DNA of 64,000 nt from NCBI GenBank assembly GCA_963766715.1, contig CAVYBH010000012.1, forward strand, positions 256,001-320,000, read 5' to 3'. Origin of the DNA: an uncultured delta proteobacterium. Its GTDB lineage: Bacteria; Myxococcota; Myxococcia; Myxococcales; Anaeromyxobacteraceae. Below are positions 53,066 through 64,000 of this stretch, piece by piece. Under the pieces are notes generated by a model. The model saw only the letters and a list, made by a program, of their open reading frames with translations. It had not been told where the DNA came from and did no database searches. The position numbers and the translations under genes are program-made. The stretch's first letter is position 1; each line of letters starts with the position of its first letter.

Positions 53066-53341
53066 ATGAAGAATGCAATTCGACTGGCAGTGATGGCGGC
53101 GCTGGTGCTGGGCTCGACCGCGGCGAGGGCGGACCACGACCCGTACTCGGCCAATGCGCCTCACCCGGATGCGGCGCAGGCATCCTCCGAGACATCCGAG
53201 GCGAAGGACGCGGCGCCGGCCACCGCGATGGCCCCGCCGAAGGCGGGAGCAGGCGGCATGGAGCCGGGCGAGGCGATCGACGAGGACCCGGGTACCCCGG
53301 AGCACCAGCAGTGGGTCGAGTCGATCTGGACCGAGCCCTGA
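53066..53341 (+). CDS. small secreted acidic hypothetical protein
   Basis: MKNAIRLAVMAALVLGSTAARA signal peptide; ends WVESIWTEP. Confidence 0.6.
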   Translation: MKNAIRLAVMAALVLGSTAARADHDPYSANAPHPDAAQASSETSEAKDAAPATAMAPPKAGAGGMEPGEAIDEDPGTPEHQQWVESIWTEP

Positions 53342-53366
53342 GGTTCGGCTGAGCGAGGTCCGGGAC

Positions 53367-54003
53367 CTACCGCGGTCCTGACGCCGTGCCGCGCTTGCGC
53401 AGCGCCTTCAGCTCGGCTTCGAGCGCCGCGATCCGGGCATCGCGCCCGGCCAGCGCCGCCTTCACGTCGTCCGCCTCGAGGCGCTGCGGGATGTGCTGGG
53501 GACAGTTCGCGTCCCAGGCGACCACCTGGATGACGATGGCCCGCTCCGGCCGGGCTCGGTATCCGGCCGGCGCGAGGCGGGCCAGGAGCGCGGGGTCGTC
53601 CTCGACGACCTTCGCCTCGCCCCAGATCTTCACGCGACGGCGCTCGGCGTAGTCGATGAGGAAGAGGTGGACACGCGGGATTCTCGGACAGGTTTCCCAG
53701 GGTGACGTACTGCCGGTTGCCGGCGAAGTCGGCGAAGGCCAGCGTCCGGGCGTCGAGAATCTGGAGGAAGCCCGGCGGACCACCCCGGTGCTGCACGTAG
53801 GGCTGCCCTGCCGCGCTCGCGGTGGCGAGGAACAGGCTGCGCTGGGCGCCGATGAAGGCGGCGAGCTCGTCGGTGATCAGGGTCTCGAACCCGCCTTCGG
53901 CCTCCAGCCGCGCGTACGCGGCGCGGGAGCCCAGCCGGGCCTGGACCGCCTTGACCGGCGGGGTGAAGGCCACGTCGCTCGAGGGCGGGGTCCGGGGCGG
54001 CAT
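53367..54003 (-). CDS. pyridoxamine 5'-phosphate oxidase-like FMN-binding protein (frameshift near 53675)
   Basis: FTPPVKAVQ, GQPYVQHRGGPPGF, FADFAGNRQY, WDANCPQHIP. Confidence 0.88.
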
Positions 54004-54010
54004 GGCATCG

Positions 54011-54367
54011 TCAGTCTCGCCTGCGCAGGCGGGAGATCGTCCGGTACACGGCATCGGCGACCGGGGAGGGCAGGGCGCCCAGCGCGACCCCGGCCAGGGA
54101 CCAGGGCAGTCCCAGTCCACGAAGGGCGGCCGCCACCGCACCCGAGCGAACCCGGACGACCTCACCCGTTGGGCTCCGCTCGACCACCACCAGCGTGTCG
54201 GGGCGGGTGGAGGCGCCCGGCGGGAAGGCGGCGGAACGGTAGGGCTCCCCCTCCGGGGAATCGATGGGCGCGAAGGCGAGAGCGCCTCGGCCGTCGTGCC
54301 GCGCCAGCCAGGCCACGGAGCCAGCGCAGAGGCCGCACCGCGCGTCGTAGAGAACCAGTCGGGACAC
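54011..54367 (-). CDS. DCC1-like thiol-disulfide oxidoreductase (DUF393)
   Basis: VLYDARCGLC (DxxCxLC), DAVYRTISRLR. Confidence 0.85.
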   Translation of the reverse strand: MSRLVLYDARCGLCAGSVAWLARHDGRGALAFAPIDSPEGEPYRSAAFPPGASTRPDTLVVVERSPTGEVVRVRSGAVAAALRGLGLPWSLAGVALGALPSPVADAVYRTISRLRRRD

Positions 54368-54446
54368 CGGACTCCGATAGGAGGACGTCCCGCACGGCGC
54401 AAGAGCGAATCCGCCGGTCGTTCCCGGGGCGCCGGGCCGCGCTCGC

Positions 54447-55239
54447 CTACTGCGCCGTGTATCCCCCGTCGATCGCCACCTCGCTCCCCGTCATGAAGCG
54501 CGAGGCGTCGGAGGCGAGGAAGACGATCAGGTCGGCAATCTCCTCGGGTCCGGCCAGACGCCCGAGGGGCGTGGTCGCGGCCAGCGCGCCATAGGCCTCC
54601 TCCACGCCGCCCGACTTCGCCACCAGGCCGGGCCACCAGTCGGCCCGCTCCCAGATCGGCGTGCGCACCCCGCCGGGGTGGACCGAGTTCACCCGGATGC
54701 CGTCCTTCGCGCACTCCAGGGCCACGGACTTCGTGAAGAGGCGGACGCCGCCCTTGGAGGCGCAGTAGGCGCTCGCCCCCGCGCTGCCCACCAGCCCCGA
54801 GGCCGAGGAGACGTGGACGATCGCGCCGCCGTTCCCGAGGCGGCGCATGGCGGCGACGGCGTGCTTCGTTCCCAGGAAGACGCCGTCGAGGTTGACGGCC
54901 AGGACGCGGCGCCAGTCCTCCAGGCGGGTCTCCGCCACCGGAGCAGCGAGCGCGATCCCGGCCGAGCAGACGAGGGAGTCGAGGCGGCCCCAGCGCGAGA
55001 CCACGTCGGCCACGGTGGCGGCCCAGGCGGCCTCGTCGGTCACGTCGAGTCGCCAGAAGGCGGCGACGCCGCCCGCGGAGGTGATCTCCCCGGCCACGTC
55101 CTCTCCAGCCGGATCGACGTCCGTCACCGCGACCCGGGCGCCCGATCGCGCGAGGGCCAGGCGACGAGGCACGCCCGATCCCGGAGGCGCCTCCGGACAC
55201 CAGCGCGACCTTGCCCGCGAGCGGGAGCGCGTCGCTCAT
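54447..55239 (-). CDS. short-chain dehydrogenase/reductase (frameshifts near 55165)
   Basis: GKVALVSGGASGIG, VNLDG, YCASK, IRVNSVHPG, DGGYTAQ. Confidence 0.92.
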
Positions 55240-55698
55240 GCGTGGCTCGCGGGGAGGGTCCCGGAATCCGGGTCGCTCACCAGCCACGCGAGCGCGCTCT
55301 CCCGGTCCGGGAAGATGCGGATGTCCCAGCCCCGGTTGCGGCAGGCGTCCTCGTAGAAGCGGGCGTCTCCCGGGTCTGGAAGGCCCGGAGTGAGGACGAG
55401 CGCCTCCCGGAGCGTGCGCGGCAGGCCGCGTGTCTCGAGCATCCGGATCATCTCGAAGAGGTCGCCGGGGGAGGGGCCCTTGGCCAGGGACGGTCAGGTC
55501 GGAGAGGAACCGGAAGCTCGCGCGGCTCTCGGCGAGATCGATGGCGAGCGCGACCGACCGCTCGAACTCGGCGGACCCGACCACTCCCGAGTACACCGAC
55601 TCGACGGTTCGCTCGGGCTCGAGGAAGTGGACGGTCGTCGGCAAGCTCGGATCTCCTCGGATCGTGGGCTCCTGCTCGAATCTTCTCAGCCAATTCAT
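55236..55698 (-). CDS. hypothetical SpoIIAA/STAS-like protein (frameshift near 55490; start uncertain)
   Basis: VYSGVV...FLSDL segment joins FYEDACRNRGWDIRIFPDRESALAWL. Confidence 0.55.
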
Positions 55699-55811
55699 CC
55701 AGATCCAGGAACGGGACCGCGACCCCCCAGAAGGGATTGGGTCCAGGCGTCCCCGGCGCGGGGGACGGGGCGCTTGTGTCGCCCCGTTTCCGCGTGTAGA
55801 ACGCCTCTCCC

Positions 55812-57447
55812 TTGATTCGCCTCGACGCCATCTCCATGCAGCACGGCCACCAGATCCTGTTCGTGGAGGCCTCCGCCGTGATGCATCGCGGCGAGAAGGT
55901 GGGGCTGGTGGGTCCGAACGGCGCCGGCAAGTCCACGCTCTTCCGCCTGATCACCCGGGAGGAGGAACCGGACGAAGGACAGGTCTCCATCGACCGGGGC
56001 GTCACGGTGGGCCACTTCTCGCAGGACGTCGGAGAGATGTCCGGCCGGAGCGCGGTGGCCGAGACCATGGACGGCGCCGGGCCGGTTTCGGCGGTGGCGG
56101 CCGAGCTCCACGCCCTCGAGCACGCGCTCGCCGATCCCGACCGCGCCGACGAGATGGAGGAGCTGGTCGAGAAGTTCGGCCACGTCCAGGCCCGCTTCGA
56201 CGAGCTGGGCGGCTATGGCCTGGAGGCGAGGGCCCGGGAGATCCTGGCGGGCCTGGGCTTCTCGCCGGAAGCGATGGACGGCGACGTCGGCAAGCTCTCC
56301 GGCGGATGGAAGATGCGGGTCGCGCTGGCCCGGATCCTGCTCATGGCGCCCGACGCGCTGCTCCTCGACGAGCCCTCCAACCACCTCGATCTCGAGTCCA
56401 TCATCTGGCTCGAGCAGTTCCTCCGGGGCTACCCCGGGGCGATCCTCATGACCTCCCACGACAAGGAGTTCATGAACCGGGTCGTCGAGAAGATCGTCGA
56501 GATCGACGCCGGCGAGCTCACCACCTACTCGGGCGACTACGACTTCTACGAGCGCGAGCGGGCCATCGCCGACCAGCACCAGCAGGCCGCCTTCGACAAG
56601 CAGCAGGCCATGCTGAAGAAGGAGCTGGCCTTCATCGAGCGGTTCAAGGCCCGGGCCTCCCACGCCGCCCAGGTCCAGTCGCGGGTGAAGAAGATCGACA
56701 AGATCGAGAAGGTGGAGCCTCCCAAGGTCCGCAAGATCGTCGACTTCGAGTTCCGGGGCGCGCCTCGCTCCGGCGAGGACGTCGCGAAGCTGGTCGGGGT
56801 CGAGAAGCGATTCGGCTCGCGGGCCGTCTACGACGGGCTCGACTTCCTGGTCCGCCGAGGCGAGCGCTGGTGCGTGCTCGGCGCCAACGGCTCCGGCAAG
56901 ACCACGCTCCTCAAGATGGTGGCCGGCGAGTCGACTCCCGACGGCGGCTCCGTGGCGGTGGGCGGCAGCGTGAAGATGGCCTACTTCGCCCAGCACGCCA
57001 TGGAGCTGCTCGATTCCGACGGAGACGGTCTGGGACACCCTCCAGCGGGCGTTTCCGCGCGCCTCCATCGGATCCCTCCGGACGCTGGCCGGGTGCTTCG
57101 GCTTCTCCGGCGACGACATCGAGAAGGCCTGCCGCGTGCTGTCGGGCGGGGAGAAGGCGCGGCTCGTGCTCGCGATGATGCTCTACGACCCGCCCAACTT
57201 CCTGGTCCTCGACGAGCCCACCAACCACCTGGACGTGGGCACGAAGGAGATGCTCGTCCGGGCGCTGGCCGGGTACGAGGGGACGATGCTCTTCGTCTCC
57301 CACGATCGCCGGTTCCTGTCGGCGCTCTCGAACCGGGTCCTGGAGCTGGGCCCCGACGGGCCCGTGGCGTACGGGGGCGGCTACTCCGAGTACGTGAGCC
57401 GCACCGGCCGCGAGGCGCCGGGGCTCCGGCCGCTGACCCGCCGCTGA
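55812..57447 (+). CDS. ABC-F family ATPase (frameshift near 57020)
   Basis: GPNGAGKST, LSGGWKMR, LDEPSNHLD, linker, GANGSGKTT, LSGGEKAR, LDEPTNHLD; no TM helices. Confidence 0.93.
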
Positions 57448-57530
57448 TCCGTCAGGGCGAGGCGCGCTTCTGCTCCGCCCGGCTCGAGGGCGCTGCACGG
57501 AGGCGCCCGTCCGGTTAGTGGCACGGCACC

Positions 57531-57845
57531 ATGAGAACGATTGCCCTGGCCGTCGCGTGCTTCATCCTGGGCGCCGCCGGCTGCACGAAGCCGACCGCGG
57601 CCCCCGCGCGGCCCCCCGAGCCGGGCCCGGACGCCGGGACGGTGGTCGTGGAGACCGAGCCCTACGGGATGGACATCGTCGCGGACGGCTTCGTCCGGTG
57701 CCGCACCCCGTGCAGCTTCCGCATCGACCCCGGGTTGCATCGCCTCTCGGTGCGCCGGAGCGGCTTCATGCCCTGGCAGGAGGACGTCCTCGTGGCCGCC
57801 CGGCAGGAGGTCAAGGTGTCGGCGTCGCTCGTCGGATCGCACTGA
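57531..57845 (+). CDS. PEGA-domain lipoprotein
   Basis: Lipobox AAGC; VVETEPYGMDIVADG...TPC...PGLHRLSVRRSG. Confidence 0.75.
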   Translation: MRTIALAVACFILGAAGCTKPTAAPARPPEPGPDAGTVVVETEPYGMDIVADGFVRCRTPCSFRIDPGLHRLSVRRSGFMPWQEDVLVAARQEVKVSASLVGSH

Positions 57846-57856
57846 AGAGGACGCCG

Positions 57857-58313
57857 TCAGGGATGGGTGAGGGCGCCCGTCCCGTAGTCGGCCACGCCGC
57901 AGGGCGTCCCCTGGTAGGCCACGTCCAGGATGGGGGCCGCCGCACCGGGGTTCCGGACCGTGCCGGTGAGGTTCACCGAGCGGGCGCGGTTGCCCGGGCC
58001 CCCGCAGGGCGCGACGGCCACGCCGAGGGTGACCCGATCGCCGGAGACGCCGCCGGCGACGGTCCCGGAGAAGGCGCTGTCCGAGGAGAGCGTGCCGGTG
58101 ACGTGGGCGCCGTCCTGCATGCAGGCGCAGCGTGAGCGCGTACGTCCCGAAGACGGGCTCGAATCCCGGCGGCCCCGCCGTGGACGTGACGGGCCCGGTC
58201 CAGGTGCCCGAGACGTCGACCGAGGGTGGAGGCGCGTCGGTCCCGCAGGCGGTGGCCGCCGCGAGGGCCAGCCCGGCGATCCGGCGGAGGGCGAGGGACG
58301 GGGCGAGATTCAT
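57857..58313 (-). CDS. hypothetical lipoprotein (frameshift near 58125)
   Basis: Lipobox ATAC, DVSGTWTG, QDGAHVTGTL beta-rich domain. Confidence 0.6.
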
Positions 58314-58345
58314 CCCGGAGTGGATAACGCGCCCTCGCATCCCCG

Positions 58346-60284
58346 TCACTCCTTCGAGGCGAGCTTCCGATAGAGGGTGGAGCGGCCGATGCCCAGCCGG
58401 CGGGCCGCCTCGCTCTGGTTGCCCCTGCACTCGGCGAGTACCCGGAGCACGTGCTCCCGTTCCCGGGCCTCCCGCGCCGTGCGGAGGTCGCGGCTGGGGG
58501 AGGCGGGCGTCTCGCGGGCCGGAGCCGACTCGAAGAGCTCGGGCATGATCGCGGCCAGCTCGTCCTCGCCGACCGCCGCCGAGGTGTCGTCGGCGAAGAG
58601 CAGGGCGACCCGCTCGAGCACGTTCTCGAGCTCCCGGACGTTGCCGGGCCAGGCGTAGGCCTCGAGGCGCGGCAGGATGGCGGCGAGGGCCAGCGCGAGC
58701 ATGCCCGGGGCCCCGTGCCGGACGAGGGCCCGCTTCAGGATCTCGGCGGCGATGGCGGCGACGTCTCCAGGGCGATCCCGGAGCGGCGGGATGTGGAGCG
58801 GGAGGATGTGGAGCCGGTAGTAGAGGTCCTCCCGGAACTCGCCCGTCTCCCGGGCGCGCCGCAGGTCGCGATGGGTGGCGGCGATCACGCGGACGTCGAC
58901 GGGGGTCGGATCGTTGCTGCCCAGCCGGAGGACCTGCTTCTCCTGGAGGACGCGGAGCAGCCGGGTCTGCAGGGTCACGGGCACGTCCCCGACCTCGTCG
59001 AGGAAGATGGTTCCCAGGTGGGCGGCCTCGAAGAGGCCCGGGCGGCCGCCGCGCCGGGAGCCGGTGAACGCGCCCTCCTCGTAGCCGAAGAGCTCGCTCT
59101 CGAGCAGCGTCTCCGGGAACGCCGCGCAGTTGATGGCCACGAAGGGCTGGTCGCGCCGCCTGCTCGCCCCGTGGATGCCCTGGGCGACCATCTCCTTGCC
59201 GGTCCCGCTCTCGCCGGTGATGAGCACGGTGGCGTCGGTCCGGGCGTAGCGCTCGGCGAGCGTCCGGACCGCGCGGATCGGCGGCGAGGCGCCGACAATC
59301 GCCCCCAGCGCGTAGCGGGGCTCGAACCGCCGGGGCCGGTGCTGGGAGCGCAGCCTCCGCTCCATTCGCTGGATCGCCGCCGAATCCTGGCACGTCACGG
59401 TCGCGCCGCGGATCACGCCGTGCTCGAGGAGCGGGACCCGGCTCACCACCACCGTGTGGTGGCCCAGCCGCTCGACGCCGTCGTGATCCGCCGTGCCCGA
59501 CTGGAGCACGCGGTCGACGGCCAGGCCCGGGAAGCACCTCGGAGAGCGGCCGGCCGATCAGGTCCTGCGCGGTCAGTCCGGCCATCCGGAGGAGGGCGGC
59601 GTTGGCCGTCCGGACGCGTCCGTCCGCGTCGACGGACGCCACGCCGGGCTCGAGCGCCTCGACGGTCCGGCGGACCTCCTCGCGCCGCGCCGCCTCGCCC
59701 CGGGCGATCCGCGCGATCTCGGCGGCCTGATGCACGGCGGCGGCGACGGAGTCCTGCCCGTAGAGCAGGACCGAGCGCAGCCCGGCCCGCTCGGCGAGAT
59801 CGCAGACCGGTCCGGTCCCGACGATCACCTCCACGCCCTGCGCGGCCAGGTCGGCGACCTGGGCCCGGGCGTCCTCGGGCGTCAGGTACGGGCGCTGCTC
59901 GATCACCGTGTCGCCGAGCAGGTGGCGGGCCTGGTCGAGGCCGGCCACCACGCGCTGGAAGTTCACCACGCCGATGCGGGGAGAGAGCTTCCGCGCGAGC
60001 ACGAGGGCCTGGAGCGCGTCCACCGTCGAGGCCATCACCACCACGACCGGCACCTCGGCGTGGTCGCGAAGGTAGGTGCCGTTCGCGCCCGCGGCGACGA
60101 AGGCGTCCGCCGTCTCGCCCTGGAGCGCCATCTCCCGCGCGGTGTGCAGGGCGTCCTCGAAGCCCCGGTCGAAGACCCGGAGGTCGGCCACGTCCGCCAG
60201 GAAGGGCGCCATGCTCGTGAAGACGTGGCGCAGGCGGCTGGTGCTGAAGGCCCAGATGACAGGGCGGCTGGACGGGAAGGGCAC
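58346..60284 (-). CDS. prpR: sigma54-dependent activator, PrpR type (frameshift near 59525)
   Basis: N-terminal AAGANGTYLR PrpR_N-like domain, PAS, GESGTGKE, ELFGYEEGAFTG, WPGNVRELEN, Fis HTH. Confidence 0.85.
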
Positions 60285-60438
60285 GTGCTCTCCGAGGCAG
60301 CGGTGTATCGAAGCTGGGGCGGCATCGTCTCATCGTTGGTGCAGTCGGGACAGTGCTTGATTTCGCGCAACTCGTTAGAAGTCGATTAACGACATGGAAT
60401 CATTATCGAAAAACATCGTCGACGCAAAGCGTCGAAGG

Positions 60439-60454
60439 TGGTCCGGCCGTTGCA
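60439..60454 (+). promoter_or_regulatory. sigma54 -24/-12 promoter for the beta-oxidation operon
   Basis: TGGTCCGGCCGTTGCA: GG-N10-GC spacing, in an AT-richer gap divergent from a sigma54 activator. Confidence 0.7.
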
Positions 60455-60541
60455 CTTCGGAAGCGATTCCAGAATCAACGGGCGCGCTGCCTGGAGGCTA
60501 CATGACCACGAGTGGAATCGTCGGGAGCGAAGGCGCGGAAG

Positions 60542-62882
60542 ATGCGGATCGACCGGGCCGCGGTGCTCGGGGCCGGGGTCATGGGGGCGACCATCGCCGC
60601 TCACCTGGCCAACGCCGGGATCCGGGTCCTGCTCCTCGACGTGGTCCCCAAGGACGGCGGGGATCGCAACCGGATCGCCTCGGCGGCCCTGGCCGCGCTG
60701 GAGAAGCAGAAGCCGGCCCCGGCCTACCTGCCGTCCGACCTGGCGCGCATCGAGGTGGGCAACCTGGAGGACGACCTCCCTCGGCTGGCGGAATGCGACT
60801 GGGTGGTGGAGGTGGTCGTCGAGAACATGGCGGTGAAGAAGCAGCTGCTCGGGGAGCGGGTGGCGCCGCACCTGCGGGCCGACGCCGTCCTCTCGAGCAA
60901 CACGAGCGGGCTGTCGGTGAACGAGATCGCCGAGGCCCTTCCCGAGACGCTGCGCCCGCGCTTCCTCGTCACCCACTTCTTCAACCCGCCGCGCTACATG
61001 CGCCTCGTCGAGGTGGTTCCCAGCCGCTTCACCGACCCGGCCCTCACCGCCGGGATGTCCGCCTTCATCTCGCAGCGGCTCGGCAAGGGCGTGGTGCTGG
61101 CCAAGGACACCCCCAACTTCGTGGCCAACCGGATCGGCGTCTTCGCCATGTGCAACGCCATCCACCACATGGAGGACCTGGGCCTGACGGTGGAGGAGGT
61201 GGACGCCGTGGCCGGCCCGGCGACGGCGCGTCCTCGCAGCGCCTGCTTCCGCACCGCCGACCTGGTGGGGATCGACACGCTCGCGCACGTGGCGCGGAAC
61301 TCCTGGGACGCGCTGCCGGACGACGAGAAGCGGGACACCTTCCGGATGCCCGAGTTCGTCTCGCAGATGGTCGCGAAGGGGCTGCTCGGCAACAAGTCGA
61401 AGCAGGGCTTCTTCAAGAAGACCAAGGGGGAGAAGGCCGAGACCTTCTTCTACAATCCGGCCTCGGGCGAGTACCGCCCGAGCCAGCGGCCGAAGTTCGC
61501 CTCCGTGGAGGCGGGCAAGGGGATCGACGATCCGGGCAAGCGCCTCCGCACGACGCTCGGCGGGAACGACAAGGGCGCCGAGATGGCGTGGCGGAACCTG
61601 CGGGACACGCTCATCTACGCCTTCAACCGCGTCCCCGCCGTGAGCGACGACTACGCCGGCGTCGACGACGCCATGCGCTGGGGATTCAGCTGGGAGCTCG
61701 GGCCGTTCGAGATGCTCGACGCCATCGGGGTGGCCGAGTTCGTGAAGCGGGCCGAGGCCGAGGGCGTGGCGGTCCCGCCGCGGCTCCGGCTCGTCGACCG
61801 CTTCTACATGGAGGAGGGAGCCCGCCGGAGGGTACGCGATCCGGCCACCCTGGGCTGGCGGGACGTGCATCGCCCGGACGGCACCGTCGATCTCCTGCTG
61901 CTCAAGAAGGGGGGCGCCGTGGTCGATCAGAACGGAGGCGCCTCGGTCGTCGACCTGGGCGACGGGGTCTTCTGCCTCGAGTTCCACACCAAGATGAACG
62001 CCATCGGCGGCGACGTGCTGGCCATGGTCCACCGGGCCGTGAAGCGCGCCGAGACCGACGGCGTGGGGCTCGTGGTGGCGAACCAGGGGACCAACTTCTC
62101 CGTGGGCGCCAACCTGGCGATGCTGACCCTGGCCATCGCCGAGGGAGCCCTCGACGAGGTGAGCCTGTCGGTCTCCGCCTTCCAGCGGGCCACCATGGCC
62201 CTCAAGTACGCCCGCGTGCCGGTGGTGGCCGCGCCGCACGCCATGGCGCTCGGTGGAGGCTGCGAGGTCTGCCTGCACGCCGACGCCGTCAACGCGCTGG
62301 CCGAGACGTACATGGGGCTCGTGGAGATCGGCGTGGGGCTCCTGCCCGCCGGCGGGGGCACGAAGGAGCTGGCCCTGCGCGCGGTCCGCGCGGCCGAGGC
62401 GGGCGAGGCCGACCCGTCTCCCTTCGTGTTCAAGGCGTTCTCCACCATCGCCATGGCCAAGGTGTCGGGGTCGGCCGCCGAGGCCGCGACAGCTCGGCTT
62501 CCTCCGCCAGGGCGATTCGATCACCATGGCCGCCGACCGGCTCATTCACGACGCCAAGCAGAAGGTCCTCGCGCTCGCCGTGAACTACCGGCCGTCCGCG
62601 CCGGCCCTGGACGTCAAGGCCCCCGGCCGCTCCATCGCCGGGAGCCTCGGATCCCAGCTCTGGAACCTGCGCATGGGCGGCTTCATCACCGAGTACGAGG
62701 AAAAGCTCGGGCGCACCATCGCCGGCGTCATCACGGGCGGCGACGTGGCCGCCGGGACGCCGGTCTCGGAGCAGTGGTTCCTGGACCTGGAGCGGGAGGC
62801 CTTCCTCCGGCTCTGCGGGGAACGGAAGACGCAGGAGCGCATCCAGCACATGCTCAAGAAGGGCAAGCCGCTTCGGAACTGA
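60542..62882 (+). CDS. 3-hydroxyacyl-CoA dehydrogenase / enoyl-CoA hydratase fusion (FadN-like; frameshift near 62490)
   Basis: [54 protein letters not shown] end. Confidence 0.93.
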
Positions 62883-62896
62883 GGGAGGACGACACC

Positions 62897-64000
62897 ATGA
62901 GCGCTGCCTACCTGATCGCCGCCGTGCGCACCCCCGGCGGGAAGGCCAAGAAGGGGAAGCTGAAGGACGTCCGGCCCGACGACCTCGCCGCGGTGGCCAT
63001 CCGCGCCGCGCTGGAGCGCGCGGGAGTCGATCCGTCGCGGATCGACGACGTCATCCTGGGCTGCGCCTTCCCCGAGGGGGAGCAGGGGATGAACGTGGCT
63101 CGCGTGGCCTCCATGCGGGCCGGGCTCCCCGTCCGCGTCCCCGGACAGACCGTGAATCGCTTCTGCGCCTCCGGGCTCCAGTCGATCGCCACCGCGGCCG
63201 ACCGGATCGCCGCCGGGGAGGCCGACGTGATCCTGGCCGGCGGGGTCGAGAGCATGAGCCTCGTCCCCATGGGCGGGAACAAGTACAGCGCCAACCCGAC
63301 CCTGGTCTCCACCTGGCCCGAGACCTACGCCGGGATGGGCATCACCGCCGAGCTGGTGGCCCGGAAGTTCGACGTCGTCCCGCGCCGATCAGGACGCCTT
63401 CGCCGCCGAGAGCCACCGCCGCGCCGCCCGGGCCCAGGCGGAGGGCTGGTTCCGGGACGAGCTCGTCCCGGTCGAGGTCGAGTCCACGTCCGTCGTCGGG
63501 GGCAAGCTGAAGCGCCAGGCCGAGAGGCTGGAGGCCGACGAGGGCGTGCGCGGCGACACCTCCGTGGAGGGGCTCTCCCGGTTGAAGCCGGCGTTCCAGG
63601 TGGACGGCTCGGTCACGGCCGGCAACTCCTCCCAGATGACCGACGGGGCAGCCGCCGTGGTGGTGGTCTCGGAGCGGTACCTGAAGGAGACCGGGGCGAA
63701 GCCCATGGCCCGTCTCGTGTCCTACGCGGTGCGGGGCGTGGCGCCCGAGCTCATGGGCATCGGCCCGGTCGAGGCCATCCCGGCGGCGCTGGCGCGGGCC
63801 GGACTGAAGCTCGGCGACCTGTCGGCCCTCGAGCTGAACGAGGCCTTCGCGGCCCAGTCGCTGGCCTGCGTGCGGGAACTGGGGCTCGACCCGGCCCGGG
63901 TGAACCCGTCGGGCGGCGCCATCGCGCTGGGCCACCCGCTGGGCTGCACCGGGTCGAAGCTCACGGCCACGCTCCTCCACGGGCTGCGGAGGACGGGGGG
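62897..64000 (+). CDS. fadA: acetyl-CoA C-acyltransferase (thiolase); frameshift near 63380, runs off window
   Basis: [52 protein letters not shown]. Confidence 0.93.
   Translation, partial: MSAAYLIAAVRTPGGKAKKGKLKDVRPDDLAAVAIRAALERAGVDPSRIDDVILGCAFPEGEQGMNVARVASMRAGLPVRVPGQTVNRFCASGLQSIATAADRIAAGEADVILAGGVESMSLVPMGGNKYSANPTLVSTWPETYAGMGITAELVARKFDVVPRRSGRLRRREPPPRRPGPGGGLVPGRARPGRGRVHVRRRGQAEAPGREAGGRRGRARRHLRGGALPVEAGVPGGRLGHGRQLLPDDRRGSRRGGGLGAVPEGDRGEAHGPSRVLRGAGRGARAHGHRPGRGHPGGAGAGRTEARRPVGPRAERGLRGPVAGLRAGTGARPGPGEPVGRRHRAGPPAGLHRVEAHGHAPPRAAEDGG

Overview
GC-rich bacterial chromosome segment, most consistent with Myxococcota (Anaeromyxobacter-like): it has a TIGR02266-type PilZ protein, a Ser/Thr kinase-ECF sigma pair and an extra Hsp70. 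About 25 single-base frameshifts interrupt otherwise intact genes, including housekeeping ones, which points to long-read consensus error rather than real pseudogenes. The left half (1-31.4 kb) is core genome: scoAB, an RNA m5U methyltransferase, miaB, guaBA, a lipid-handling cluster, a Zn/Mn ABC uptake operon and tRNA-fMet. A ~16.6 kb integrase-less island (31.4-48.0 kb) sits in the tRNA-fMet 3' end, bounded by a 19-bp direct repeat and two co-varying terminator hairpins. Its cargo is a deaminase, channels, several outer-membrane barrels, an AraC regulator and an arylsulfatase. After it come an extended chrB-chrA operon, small redox genes, an ABC-F, and a PrpR-type sigma54 activator divergent from beta-oxidation genes. 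The best novel candidate is an 85-aa leader ORF with a signal peptide, HHH/HxCxxC and a C-terminal QSPP. Its Pro-Pro codons can base-pair with the Shine-Dalgarno of the downstream metal-uptake operon, suggesting a metal-sensing ribosome-arrest switch. All calls come from reading the sequence; no database searches were run.
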